From a virus, in IMG/VR virus record IMGVR_UViG_3300032287_003559, positions 1 through 64,000 of that record: a DNA stretch of 64,000 nucleotides; one strand, given 5' to 3'. Positions 5,899-18,700 of the stretch are shown piece by piece. The position numbers were made by a program, and so were the translations under genes. Within the stretch, counting starts at the first letter, position 1; each line of letters opens with the position of its first letter. The notes below the pieces were generated by a model, which was not told the DNA's origin, did no database searches, and worked only from the letters and a program-made list of their open reading frames with translations.

Positions 5899-6663
5899 AT
5901 GGCAAAAGGATTTAGTGTTAAGGCATCAACACCAATTTCGAAAGAAGAGTGGGATTATGATGCAATCAAAGAACGAATGAAAGGCAAGTCTATTGTCTTT
6001 TGTCTACCTGGAAGAGGTTGTTCTTTTATTTTTCTAAAAGCATTTGTACAACTTTGTTTTGATCTTGTACAAAATGGAATGAGTATTCAAATTTCACAAG
6101 ACTACTCATCGATGGTTAATTTTGCACGTTGTAAGGTACTTGGTGCAAATGTTCTAAGGGGTCCGAATCAAATTCCTTGGGATGGAAAACTGCAGTATGA
6201 TTATCAACTTTGGATTGACTCGGATATTGTCTTTGACTCTCAAAAGTTCTGGCAACTTTGTGATCTAGCAATTTCAGCAGACGGCACAGAACGTGAGATT
6301 GTTGCTGGGTGGTATGCTACTGAAGATGGTCACACAACATCAGTAGCTCATTGGTTAGAGGAAGAAGACTTCCGTAAGAATGGTGGAGTGATGAATCATG
6401 AAACTGTTGAGTCAATTTCAAAGCGTAAGAAGCCATTTACTGTTGACTACACAGGATTTGGATGGGTCATGATCAAACATGGAGTTTTTGAACGTCTTGA
6501 GTATCCTTGGTTTGCTCCAAAGATGCAAGTCTTTGATTCTGGTAAAGTTCAAGATATGTGTGGTGAGGATGTTTCTTTCTGTCTTGATGCAAAAGAAGCA
6601 GGTATGGTAACCTGGTGTGATCCCAGGATTCGTGTTGGACATGAAAAAACTCGTATTATCTGA
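5899..6663 (+). CDS. Putative GT-A fold (family 2-like) glycosyltransferase
   Basis: DxD motif (LWIDSDIVF), GFGWVMIK, GEDVSFC and RVGHEK motifs typical of GT-A proteins. Confidence 0.7.
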   Translation: MAKGFSVKASTPISKEEWDYDAIKERMKGKSIVFCLPGRGCSFIFLKAFVQLCFDLVQNGMSIQISQDYSSMVNFARCKVLGANVLRGPNQIPWDGKLQYDYQLWIDSDIVFDSQKFWQLCDLAISADGTEREIVAGWYATEDGHTTSVAHWLEEEDFRKNGGVMNHETVESISKRKKPFTVDYTGFGWVMIKHGVFERLEYPWFAPKMQVFDSGKVQDMCGEDVSFCLDAKEAGMVTWCDPRIRVGHEKTRII

Positions 6664-6824
6664 TGGAAAAATCATACAATCTTTTATATAAAGGTCGTAA
6701 GATTTACACGAATCTCAGTGCAGAAGATTGTACTGAGATTCTCCAAGACTTCTCAGAGCGTTTTTTCTCGGGAGAAGACATTGACCCAAATGATTTAGAA
6801 ATGGAGGAACTTTTAAATGGCTAA
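6663..6824 (+). CDS. 53-aa hypothetical protein (paralog of 5650-5850)
   Basis: Translated manually: MEKSYNLLYKGRKIYTNLSAEDCTEILQDFSERFFSGEDIDPNDLEMEELLNG; TGATG coupling. Confidence 0.75.
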   Translation: MEKSYNLLYKGRKIYTNLSAEDCTEILQDFSERFFSGEDIDPNDLEMEELLNG

Positions 6825-6957
6825 AGGTGGAATGAACAAGACGTTGTTTGAACCAGGAGCACCTAAGAAAACTCGTCAAGGAAAATCAGCTCGTACTTTG
6901 TTAAGTGCAACCTCTCGTAATGGACGCAAAAAAAAGTATCGCGGGCAAGGAAAATAA
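6817..6957 (+). CDS. 46-aa basic peptide ending KKYRGQGK
   Basis: Translated manually; GGAGG SD; the KKYRGQG C-terminus is recalled from small proteins of T4-like phages. Confidence 0.75.
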   Translation: MAKGGMNKTLFEPGAPKKTRQGKSARTLLSATSRNGRKKKYRGQGK

Positions 6958-6963
6958 TTTAAC

Positions 6964-7179
6964 ATGCTTCAATTAAACCCACAGATCCCAGTTCTTACTC
7001 CAAAAGGTAAGGGTTGGGCATTTTTTTTAGTAGATCGATCTCAAGAGCACGATCTTGAATGGATTGTATTTTTAGATGATGGCGGATACTGTTGGACTTT
7101 TCGTAATTCTGATATTAGAATTCAAAAAAATGATACTTTTGGTCGAAGAAATATAGAAAGCTTTGATTTCAAGGGATAG
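6964..7179 (+). CDS. Hypothetical protein (MLQLNPQIPVLTPKGKG...)
   Basis: ORF track; operon context. Confidence 0.75.
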   Translation: MLQLNPQIPVLTPKGKGWAFFLVDRSQEHDLEWIVFLDDGGYCWTFRNSDIRIQKNDTFGRRNIESFDFKG

Positions 7180-7222
7180 CAACCCCTTTAAAAGTTCTGA
7201 TTTTTAAATCAGGAGTAAAAAA

Positions 7223-7414
7223 ATGCACAAGCAAACTGATAAGGAACAAAAAACAGAAGAGCAAAAAATGCTCAGGGAAATTTCAAATGATGATTTGATT
7301 CCAAAAAAACATGATTTTAGAATTCAAAAAGAAATTCATGAAAAAATTCGTAATGATGATGATTATGATGATTGGGAATACGGAACTGAACCAATTCCTC
7401 TAGCAGAATTTTGA
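7223..7414 (+). CDS. Hypothetical protein upstream of g25
   Basis: ORF track; AGGAG SD. Confidence 0.7.
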   Translation: MHKQTDKEQKTEEQKMLREISNDDLIPKKHDFRIQKEIHEKIRNDDDYDDWEYGTEPIPLAEF

Positions 7415-7427
7415 TCGATATTCTCTA

Positions 7428-7434
7428 ATAAATA
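7428..7434 (+). promoter_or_regulatory. Late (gp55-dependent) promoter for the baseplate operon
   Basis: ATAAATA about 20 nt upstream of g25; matches the T4 late -10 TATAAATA core. Confidence 0.7.
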
Positions 7435-7454
7435 AGGTAGAATTATAATAATAA

Positions 7455-7856
7455 ATGCCATTAGAGCGGGTAAGTCAAGGTTTCAAGGATATTAGCATGT
7501 CTTTTCAGATTAATCCTCTGAATAATGACTTAATTGCGCTTAAAAATGAAACTGCGATTGCTCGCTCTATTCGTAATATTGTTTTTACTCTTCCCGGAGA
7601 AAAGTTTTTTAATCAAAATTTTGGTTCTAGGGTAAGTAGATCTCTTTTTGAAAATGTAGATGAAATTTCTGCATCTATTATTAAAGATGAAATTGAGAAC
7701 TCAATCAATAATTATGAGCCAAGAGTTCAATTAATTGAGGTGCAAACAATTCCCGATTATGATAATGGTGCATTTGACGTAATCATTTCTTACAGAATTA
7801 TTGGCGCAGATGTTCCTGCTCAACAATTACAGTTTGTTCTGCAACCTACCAGGTAA
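7455..7856 (+). CDS. g25: Baseplate wedge subunit gp25
   Basis: AIARSIRNIVFTLPGEKFF..FGS and NYEPRV motifs of the GPW/gp25 family; precedes g6. Confidence 0.92.
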   Translation: MPLERVSQGFKDISMSFQINPLNNDLIALKNETAIARSIRNIVFTLPGEKFFNQNFGSRVSRSLFENVDEISASIIKDEIENSINNYEPRVQLIEVQTIPDYDNGAFDVIISYRIIGADVPAQQLQFVLQPTR

Positions 7857-7864
7857 TTAGGTAA

Positions 7865-9793
7865 ATGCCATTAGTAAATTTCACAAATCTGGATTTTGAC
7901 CAGATTAAAACAACTCTTAGAGATTACTTAAAATCCAATTCCAACTTTACTGATTACGACTTTGACGGGTCGAATCTTTCAACAATTCTTGACGTTCTTG
8001 CATATAATACATATATTACTTCATATAATGCTAACATGGTAGCAAATGAAGTATTCATTGATAGTGCTACACTTAGGGAAAATGTTGTCGCACTAGCAAG
8101 AAACATTGGATATATTCCAAGATCAAAGAAAGCAGCAACAGCAACGATTAGTTTCTTTGTTGATGCAACAAACATAACTCCATCTCCAACATCATTAACT
8201 CTCAAAAAAGGTCCTGTTGCTAGTACTAATGGTTCATTTGGAAATCAATCTTTTGTTTTTTCTATCTTAGATGATATTACTGTTCCTGTAGTTGATAATA
8301 TTGCATCTTTTACGGACATTAAAATTTACGAAGGAGTATTATTAAATACTGATTTTACCTATAGTTCAAGAAATCCAAATCAAAGATTTATTTTACCAAA
8401 CAGTGGAGTTGATACTGACTTGATTTCGGTATCAGTAAAAAATAATCCTTCACCAACAACAGCATCTATAAAATATAATATTCAAGATAGTTTATTTGAA
8501 ATAGATGGAGAGTCCGAAGTATATTTTTTACAGGAAATAGAAGACGAAAGGTATGAATTAATTTTTGGAGATGATGTATTTGGAAAGGCACTTCAAGAAG
8601 GATATTATATCAGCGCATCATATATTGTTACTAATGGAGATAGTGGTAATGGTATCAATCAATTCACCTTTTCTGGAAGATTAACCTACACAAGAAATTC
8701 TGTAGAATATGTCGTTTCTTCTGGAATTTCTTTACTAACTACAGGTCTATCGTCCAGTGGTGGAGAAAATATTGAATCTGTAGAATCTATCAAAAAATAT
8801 GCACCAAGGATTTATGCATCTCAAAATAGAGCATTGACTGCGAATGATTACGAGACATTAATTCCTGCAAAAATTTATCCAGAAACTGAATCAATTTCTG
8901 TTTTTGGTGGCGAAGAATTAATTCCACCACAATACGGAAAAGTTTTTATTAGTATTAAACCAAGATCTGGAGATTTTCTTCCAAACCTAATTAAAGAAAA
9001 TATTAAACTGAAACTTAAAAAATATGCAGTTGCTGGAATTGTTCCAGAAATTTTAGATTTGAAATATCTTTATATAGAAGTTGATTCAAAAATCTACTAT
9101 AATTCAAATCTTGCCCCTAGCCCTGCATATGTTTCTAGCATAATTCAATCAAATGCTAATAAGTACGCAGAATCATCTGAGTTAAATAAGTATGGTGCAA
9201 GGTTCAAATACAGTAAATTTTTAAAGATAATAGATGACAGTCATTCATCAGTTACCTCAAATATTACTAATATCCAAATGAGAAGAGACCTTAGGGTTGT
9301 TTTGAATACATTCTCAGAATACTCAATCGGATTTGGAAATCAATTCCATATTAATAGTATGGATGGATATAATATTAAATCCTCTGGTTTTGTTGTAAGT
9401 GGAATCAATGAAACTGTTTATCTATCTGATATCCCAGATACCAATAGAACAACAGGATCTATATTTTTATTTACTTTACCAAATTCTTCATCTAGAAGTT
9501 CAACAGTTGTTAAAAGAGGAGTTGGTAAAATTGACTATACCAAAGGTATTATAACATTAAATCCAATCAATATTATCTCAGCAAAAACTAAAGATTCTCA
9601 ATCAATTATTGAGATATCTGCGGTTCCGCAATCAAATGATATAATTGGATTGCAGGATCTGTATTTGCAACTAGATATTAATAACAGTATATTTGAAATG
9701 GTTATTGATGAAGTTTCATCAGGTCTTGATCCTTCAGCATCAAATTATATTGTAACTTCAAGCTATAGCAACGGGAATTTAGTAAGATCGTAA
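7865..9793 (+). CDS. g6: Baseplate wedge protein gp6
   Basis: LDFDQIK..L..YL, FTDYDFDGS.LS.ILDVLAYNT, QNRALTANDY motifs. Confidence 0.93.
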   Translation: MPLVNFTNLDFDQIKTTLRDYLKSNSNFTDYDFDGSNLSTILDVLAYNTYITSYNANMVANEVFIDSATLRENVVALARNIGYIPRSKKAATATISFFVDATNITPSPTSLTLKKGPVASTNGSFGNQSFVFSILDDITVPVVDNIASFTDIKIYEGVLLNTDFTYSSRNPNQRFILPNSGVDTDLISVSVKNNPSPTTASIKYNIQDSLFEIDGESEVYFLQEIEDERYELIFGDDVFGKALQEGYYISASYIVTNGDSGNGINQFTFSGRLTYTRNSVEYVVSSGISLLTTGLSSSGGENIESVESIKKYAPRIYASQNRALTANDYETLIPAKIYPETESISVFGGEELIPPQYGKVFISIKPRSGDFLPNLIKENIKLKLKKYAVAGIVPEILDLKYLYIEVDSKIYYNSNLAPSPAYVSSIIQSNANKYAESSELNKYGARFKYSKFLKIIDDSHSSVTSNITNIQMRRDLRVVLNTFSEYSIGFGNQFHINSMDGYNIKSSGFVVSGINETVYLSDIPDTNRTTGSIFLFTLPNSSSRSSTVVKRGVGKIDYTKGIITLNPINIISAKTKDSQSIIEISAVPQSNDIIGLQDLYLQLDINNSIFEMVIDEVSSGLDPSASNYIVTSSYSNGNLVRS

Positions 9794-9797
9794 TAAA

Positions 9798-12700
9798 ATG
9801 ACAGAAACTAGAATCAAATTTAGCAACATTGTACAAAATCAGCTTCCTGCATATATTAGGGAAGAGTTCCCTTTAGTTTCTGAATTTTTATCGCAATATT
9901 ACATATCACAAGAATTTAAGTCATCACCAATTGACTTAATACAAAATATTGATAGATATGTAAAAATTGATGAGCAGACAAATCTAACGGAGAGTGCTGT
10001 CTTATCAGGAGATCTATCAATTAATGACGATACAATATATGTTTCATTTGACGGATCGGTATCAAATGGAACATATGGATTCCCAGATTCTTATGGTCTA
10101 ATTAAAATTGACGATGAAATTATCACATATACTGGAAAGACTTCAAATTCATTTACAGGATGTATAAGAGGATTTAGTGGGATCACTTCATATGATAAAC
10201 CAAATTCTCCGGACGAATTAGTATTCTCACAATCTGAAATTAGAGAACATACTTCTGGAGCAGTAATTACTAATCTAAGCTCATTATTTTTAAAAGAGTT
10301 TTTAGTAAAATCAAAATACCAATTACTTCCAGGTTTTGGTAACAGAGAGTTAAACGAAAATATAAATCAGTCTCTGTTTATTAAGCAAGCAAAGGATTTT
10401 TATAGAAGTAAAGGAACTGATGAATCTTTTCAGATTTTATTTAAAGCATTATATGGGGAACATGTATCTATAATTAGACCTAAAGATTATTTGTTTAGAC
10501 CATCTGATGCTCACTACTTAGTAACTGAAGATTTAGTTGTTGAAAGTATTTCTGGCGATCCTCTCAATTTAAGCAACTTAACCTTATATCAAGACGAATA
10601 TAATAATATTTCGAAGGCATATGCGCCTATCACTAAAGTTGAAAAAATAATATCTGGAATAGGTAATACTTATTACAAGTTAAGTCTTGATGCTGGATAT
10701 AATAGAGATATTGGCGTAGACGGATCTATATACGGAAACTTCTCAATTCACCCAAAAACAAAAGTAATCGGACAAGTTTCTACCGGAACTACATTTTTAT
10801 CAGTAGATTCTACGGTAGGATTTCCTCAAAGTGGCGAACTATCTGTAGTTTACAGTGATGGTAGCTCAGGAGTTATATCCTACTCCTCAAAGTCTCTTAC
10901 ACAATTCTTTGGATGCTCAAATATATCTGGGACAATTTTAGATGCAAGCAATGTTGGAATCAATACATTTGCATATGCAGTATATGAAAATGAAGTAATA
11001 AAAATAAAAATTAATTCTGTTTTAGAAAATCTTACAATATCTGACGATACTTATTATTATTCAAAGGGAGATAGTGCAGAAATTAAAACATTAGGAATTA
11101 ATTCAAAAGATAGCATATCAAACAATTGGTTGCTAAATTTATCAACAAAATATGATATTCAATCTTTAGTAAGAACAGATAGCTCAGATAATACTTATCA
11201 AATTACCACAAAAAATAATCATATTTTTAAAATTGGAGACAGTGTTACTATCATAGGTAATGGTGGAACTCAAAGAAATTCTACAATAATAGATATTACT
11301 TCCCAAAAATCTTTTACAATAAAGGGTCAGGGAGAACTTCCTTCTAATGAAACTTATTCAATAAAAAGAAATATATTAAAGGTAAATTCTTCGGTATTTC
11401 CATCAAGCTCTATTATTGATGCTAATGTTCAGAATGTTTATAAGTCCAAAGATAAACTTTTAGTTTCTTCACCATCTTTACCATATTATAATCAACAAGC
11501 TCTTGATGCATCAAATAGACTAATAACTTTTACAGGAACATTTGCTCCTGTTGGTATAGCATCAACAGATATTTTTAATATTACTTCTGGTGTTGATCAT
11601 GGATTTTATACTGGAGATTTGATTTATTATACTCCAGAAAAGACATCAACATCTTCAACAGATAGTGAAGGAAATGTAACGGTATCATCCACCATATTAA
11701 GTTCCTTATTTGATGAGGGTCTTTACTATGTTAAGAGAGTAGATCCCAATAACGTAAAATTTGCTAAGAGCAGAACAAATATAAACAATTCAATTTTTAT
11801 ATCAGTTTCTGGTAACGTTACTGTTACTAACAATACAATAGAGCCTTATGATCTTAGGGCAAAATCTTTAGGATCTCAAAAACTATTAAGAGAAATTTCA
11901 ACTGCAATTGATGATGGGCAAGTATATCCAACAAAACCTGGGACAACTGGAATACTTATTAATGGAGTAGAAATCTTAAATTATAAATCAAAAGATAATG
12001 TTTATTATGGTCCTATTGAAGAGATAATAGTAACTGCTGGTGGATCTAACTATGATGTCATCAATCCACCTATTTTAAATATTACAGATTCTGTTGGTGT
12101 TGGTGCTACTGGATACTGTGCAGTAAGTGGTAATTTAAAAGAGATTAGAGTTATTGATCCTGGATTTGATTATGAGGGAACTCCATCTGTAAACATTACT
12201 GGAGGTAATGGACTTAACGCTACTGCGTTAGCAAATATGAAATTAATTTCATATGAAGTATCTTTCAATTCACAATCAAATGCTGCTCTTGTTTCGTTAG
12301 GAAGTTCACTATCAACTATTGGATTTAGCACTTATCACAAATTTAGAAATTCCGAAAGAGTTATCTATAAAACAAGTGGACAAAAAGCAGTTGGTGGATT
12401 ATCGACAGATTCATCATACTATGTTTCAGTAACAAATCCATATACAGTTAGATTGCATAAAACATTAGATGATGCTGTATCTGGTATTAATACGATTACA
12501 TTAACATCTTATGGCGTCGGAAGTCATGCTTTACAATCTTACGATAAAAAATCAGTTTTAGCATCTGTCACTATAGTTGATCCAGGAAGTGGATATGAGA
12601 ATAAGAAAAAGACAGTTTCGTCCAGTGGAATCAGCACTTCTTTAGATTCTATACAATTAAAAAATCATGAATTTAAATCTGGAGAAATAATAACATATAA

Positions 12701-15700
12701 TACAGATGGTACATCAATTAGTGGATTATCAACAAATACAAATTATTATGTAACGAGGATTGATGATGATAGTTTTAAACTTTCACAGGTAGGAATTACT
12801 ACTTCAGATAAAGATTTTTATTATAAAACGAACCAGTATGTTAAATTAAATTCTGTTGGTTCTGGAAACCATATTTTTAATTATCCAGAAATTTCTGTTG
12901 AGATTGTAGGGAATATTGGAATTGCTTCTACTAGCGGAAGCAACTTCAAAGCAATCGTTCAACCAATTTTTAGGGGCGAGATAACTTCTATTCATCTTTC
13001 TAATACTGGAGTTGGTTATGGATCTCCGGATATTTTAAATTATAACAGGATTCCATCAGTTACTCTAAATGCTGGAGTTGGTGGACAATTTACCCCCGTT
13101 ATTTCTGATGGAAAATTAGTCGAAGTAATTGTTAATGATAGAGGAAATGGTTATAATTCTCCACCAGATTTAACTGTAAATGGAGATGGAACAGGTGCTT
13201 CAATTACTCCAATCGTTGAAAATGGAAAGATACAATCAGTAAAAGTAATTGAAGGTGGTGCCGGATATAAATCAAGCACAACCTCAATAATTGTTACTTC
13301 TGCTGGAACAGGAGTTAAATTTTTACCTAAAATAAAATCATGGAATGTCAATCTTTTCCAAAAGTATTTTAATAATATTACAACGGATGATGGATTTATA
13401 GTAAGTTCACTAAATTCGAATTATGGTTTGCAGTATACTCATGTATATGCTCCACGAAAATTAAGAGAAATAATTTATTCAGTAGATCAGACAGGTAATA
13501 TTTTATATGGTGGATCAAAAACTGATCTGAAAAAAATAGATAATAATGAAGTTGTCTCAACAGATCATTCTCCAATTATTGGATGGGCATATGATGGAAA
13601 CCCAATTTATGGACCATATGGATATGTAACTAAGCAGGGTGGAATAATATCTCAGATGAAGTCTGGGTATGTTGAAGACTTAAAGCCAAATAGACCATCA
13701 TTAACAGAATTTCCTCTAGGATTTTTTACTGAAGATTATACTTACTTAAAAGTTTCGGACGAAACTGTTTTAGATGAAAATAACGGAAGATTTTGCGTAA
13801 CTCCAGAGTTTCCTAATGGAACTTATGCTTATTTTGCAACCATTAATAATTCTTATGCAGATTCTTCAGGAACTTTCTCTGGATATAAGAGACCAGTTTT
13901 TCCATATTTAATTGGAGAAAATTATAAATCAAAACCAAACGATTTTAATTTTAAAAAGTCATCAAATCAAGATGAAATTGATTTAAATCAGACAGATTGG
14001 TCAAGAAATACTTATCCATATAATTTAATCGATAATAGTTCTTCATATTCATACTTAACAGTACCAAACCTTTTAAATCAGACTATTGATGTAAAGTATG
14101 CTTCTCCCGGATATATTGAAAGTATTGGAATAACAACAGGTGGTAGTAACTATAAAGTTAATGATTCTGTAGTCTTTGATAATGATGCATCAGGTGGATA
14201 CAGTGCAAGTGCTAAAGTTTCAAGATTAAAAGGAAAATCTGTAAATTCTGTTAGTGTTGCAACAAGTACAATTTATAATGTAGAGTTTTATCCAACTGAT
14301 AATAAAGGATCTCTCATCTTAATTTCTCCAAATCCCCATAAATTCACAAATGGAGATACAATATCTGTTTCTGGATTAAGTACAGATGCAACTCTAATAG
14401 AAGGTTCTTATAAGGTTGGAATCTCAACTATCAATACCTTAACTCTTTCGGCAGGAATTGGCGCCAGCACTGTTACTGGAATAGATACTTATTTTTCAGT
14501 TGTTGGAAATTTAAATCAAAATTATATTAGAGAAAATGATATTTTTGTTATAGGCAGTGAAAGAGTAAAAGTTTTGGCTGTTGATAACAATTCTTCTAGA
14601 ATTAGAGTTCTAAGATCTATTGATAGTACTGTAGGATCATCGCACACTGCTACAGAAGTTCTATACGAAGATCCAAGAAAACTTACAATAAATTCTGGTT
14701 TTAAAACTTCTTATGATTATAAAATCAATAAAGAAATATATTTTGATCCCAGACAATCTGTAGGATTAGGTACTAGATCTGGAGTTGGAATTGGTACAAC
14801 AATATTCTTCTCAAATCCTGGAGTAGGAATTACCCAAATTTTTATTCCAACTAAAACGATTTATATTCCAAACCACCAACTACAAACTGGAGATCAACTT
14901 GTATATTCTCTAAATGGCGGTAGTGCAATTGGAGTTTCTACAAATGGAATTTCTAGTTCAGTTACTCTCTCGGACCAATCCATTCTTTATGTCGCAAAAG
15001 TTTCTGATGACCTGATAGGAATATCTACAGTAAAAGTTGGTCTTGGATCTACTGGAACGTTTTTGGGAATTACTACAGCAACTAATGGGCTAAGTACTTT
15101 ATTTTTTACTGGAATAGGAACAGGAACATATCATAGTTTTAAAACAAATTATTCAGTTATAAGTGGCAGAATTTCTAGGAATTTAGTTACAGTTTCTGTC
15201 GGAGAAACTCATGGATTGCAAAATGATGATAATGTTTTTGTTGATGTAAATCCATCAATATCGACATCATTTGTAATTAAATACAATGATTATAATAGAA
15301 AATTATTAGTATCTCCAAAATCATTCTCATCAGCTGGAGTTAATACATCCACCGAAACAATAACAATTACTAATCATGGATTTATTAATGGTCAAAAAGT
15401 AATTCATAATTCACCATCTCCATCTGGAGGACTTCAAGATAATCAAATTTATTATGTTGTTATTGTTGATGATAATAATATCAGACTTTCAAACAATTAC
15501 TACAGTTCTATTGGTCAGAAACCAACAATAGTAGGTATTACTAGTTCTTCAAGCGGAACCCTTTCTCCGGTCAATCCACCAATTCAGGTATATAGAAATT
15601 CTACAGTAACCTTTGATTTATCAGATTCTTCCCTTTCATATTTAAGTTTATCAAATAGATACCCTGCATTTGATCTAACTTTCTATAAAGATTCTAATTT

Positions 15701-18700
15701 TACGGAAGTATTCAATTCGACAAAGGAAACCAACGTTTTTGAAATACAAAAGTATGGGACTGTTGGTGTAACTACTGATGCAAAGGTAATTTTGACTGTT
15801 AATGATTACATTCCGGATAAACTTTACTATACACTAGTACCAATTTATAATAATATTAATCTTCCTGCAGAAAAAGCGCAAGTAAATATAGATTCTTCAG
15901 TATTTTCAAATAATGAAATTCAGGTAAGGACAAGTGTTTATAATGGTAAGCACAATGTAACTATTGCATCAACAAATTCATTTACATATAATTTATCACA
16001 AACTCCAGAAGCAACTTCTTATTCTTCCACAACGTCTATATTGGAATATGAGACAGATTCTCTGTCCGCATATGGACCTATTTCCAAAATTGATATCGTA
16101 AACAAGGGACAAAATTATTATTCTCTTCCAGGAATAACCTCAGTTATTTCCAATATTGGATCAAATGCATTATTAGAGGCATCTAGTAATACTATAGGAA
16201 AAATAAAGAAAACTAAAATTAACGATATTGGATTTGATTTTCCATCAGATTTTACTATTAGACCAAGTGTTTCTTTACCTCAGATTTGTAAAATAGATCC
16301 CTTAGCATCATTTGAGTCTATAGGAATTACTTCTGTAGGAAGAGGATATACTTGCCCCGCAAAATTGGTAGTTCTTGATGGAAAAACAAACCAAATTGTT
16401 CCTGAAGTTGACCTTAGATATAATCTTGGAGATACTCAAGTAACAATACTAAGAAATGCTTATGGATTGAACAATGTAACTCCAACGATACTACCAACAC
16501 AAAATTCAAATGGTGTTGGAATTAGTTCTATAAGTTTTGATTCAATAACTAAAGATGTAACAGTTGTATTATCTGTAGGATTTAGCACTGCAGATTCTTT
16601 CCCATTTGCAATTAACGATAAAGTTTTAATAGAAAACATTAGTGTAGGCGTTAATTCTACTGCTAAAGGTTACAATTCATCAGATTATAACTATCAATTA
16701 TTCACAATAAACTATGTTGACGCAAATCTTGGCGGAAATAATGCTACAGTAAAATACAATATAGGTCAATTTTTAAATTCAGGCGAAATTCCTGGAAATT
16801 ATGATTCTACAAATTCTTCTGGACGAATTGTACCTCAAAAGTATTTCCCAATCTTTAACCCAATTCTTAAAAAGAATAATTTCTTAATTGATGAAGCAAT
16901 TAAGTCGCCTTCGGCAAATGGATATGTTGAAAGTTGGAATAATTTGACAAATTATTTAAAAATACGTTCTACAGAAGATTTTGTTATCGGAGAAACTGTA
17001 GAAGGTTCAGTATCTAAAACACAAGGTATTATTTCCACTCTCAACAGGTTTGATTCATTCTTAAAATTAAACTCAAAATCAAAAGTTGAGAAGGGATGGC
17101 AAGATGATGCTGGATTTTTAAATCAAAATTTACAAAAGATTCAGGATAGTTATTATTATCAAAATTTCTCATATTCACTTAAATCTAAAGTAGATTATGA
17201 TACTTGGAAAGATTCTGTAGATACTTTAAATCACACTCTAGGATTTAAACGGTTTGCAGATTATCAATTAGAGTCAGCATTACCAAAATTAAATTCCAAC
17301 TCTATGGTTGTTGGTCTTTCAACAGATTTAACATACTTTGATTCTACAACTGATATTGTAAGTTTTGTTGATTTAAATTGCGTTTATGATTTTGATTCTG
17401 TAAGGGAAAATTCTTTACAGATTGGATCATCTAGTTTTTCAGATGAAATAACATTTTCAAGTAGAATTTTGACTGACTATTTTGAGTCAGTTGGAAATAG
17501 AGTTTTATATATTGATGATATTAGTTCTCAATTTAATAGTAATCCTAGATCATCAAGATTTAGTGAGGTTCATAGATTTGATCTTGGTGATGCTAGAGCC
17601 CAAAAATACATTACCTATGTAAGAGATAGAAGATATAGTGGACAGAGGCAGGTAATGCTCGTAACTCTTTTGCATGATGGTTCTTTAGGATATATTAGCC
17701 AATATGGTAGGGTTGAATCTACATATGATCAAGGATCTTTTGATTTTGCTATTGAGGGAACAGAGGGTATTTTATTATTCTATCCAACAAAATATACAGT
17801 AAATGATTATAATGTAACTACATTATCATATAATCTAAAAGATAATCTTACTGGCGCAGGTTCATCTAGTTTTGGTGGTATTGTAGATATAAAAACTAGC
17901 AGCGTTAGTGTTTCTTCTGGAGCAACCACGATTGTTGGAATTGCTAGTACTTATACGTCAGCAAAGGTTTTAGTGGAAATAACGGGTTCAAACGGTGATT
18001 ATCAATTTGATGAATTGAGCATTTTGCATGATGGTACAACGATAGAATTTATAGATTATGGACAATTAACAACTATATCCGCTAACCAATATTCAAATAC
18101 AGGTCTGGGAACTTACTACCCATATCTTTCAGGATCTCAATTAAAAATTGATTTTACTCCATTTGCTGGAATAGGTGTAACTGTTAATACGATACAAGTT
18201 GCTATTGGTAATACTTTATCATCTGGTATTGGAACTTTTGATATGAAACGTGCTAGATTAAGTGCAAGATCAACATCAATATCTTCATCACCATCTCCAG
18301 TAGCTACCGTAATTGCAGAATATCCACAAGATTATGACTGCGCTTATGCAATACTTCAAGTTTCCGATACAACTAACAATAGACATCAATTATCAGAACT
18401 TGTTATCTTAGATGATGACGCAGAGACTTATTTTGCAGAATATGCAAATGTAGAAACTTTTGCTGGACTGGGAACTGTGGGAGCAGCAACAACAACATCA
18501 ACCAGAATAACTTTTACACCTCTTCCAAATATAAATGTTCAAGTAAAAATATTCTTTAATGCTTTAAGATATCAAGATGATGAGAAAGATGTTGTTGATT
18601 TTAATAATGCTACATTAGAAACAAATGATGGCGTGTATTATGGTACAGAAAGAGATATTAAGAGAGCATTTGAACTATCACATGATGGATATAAAATTTT

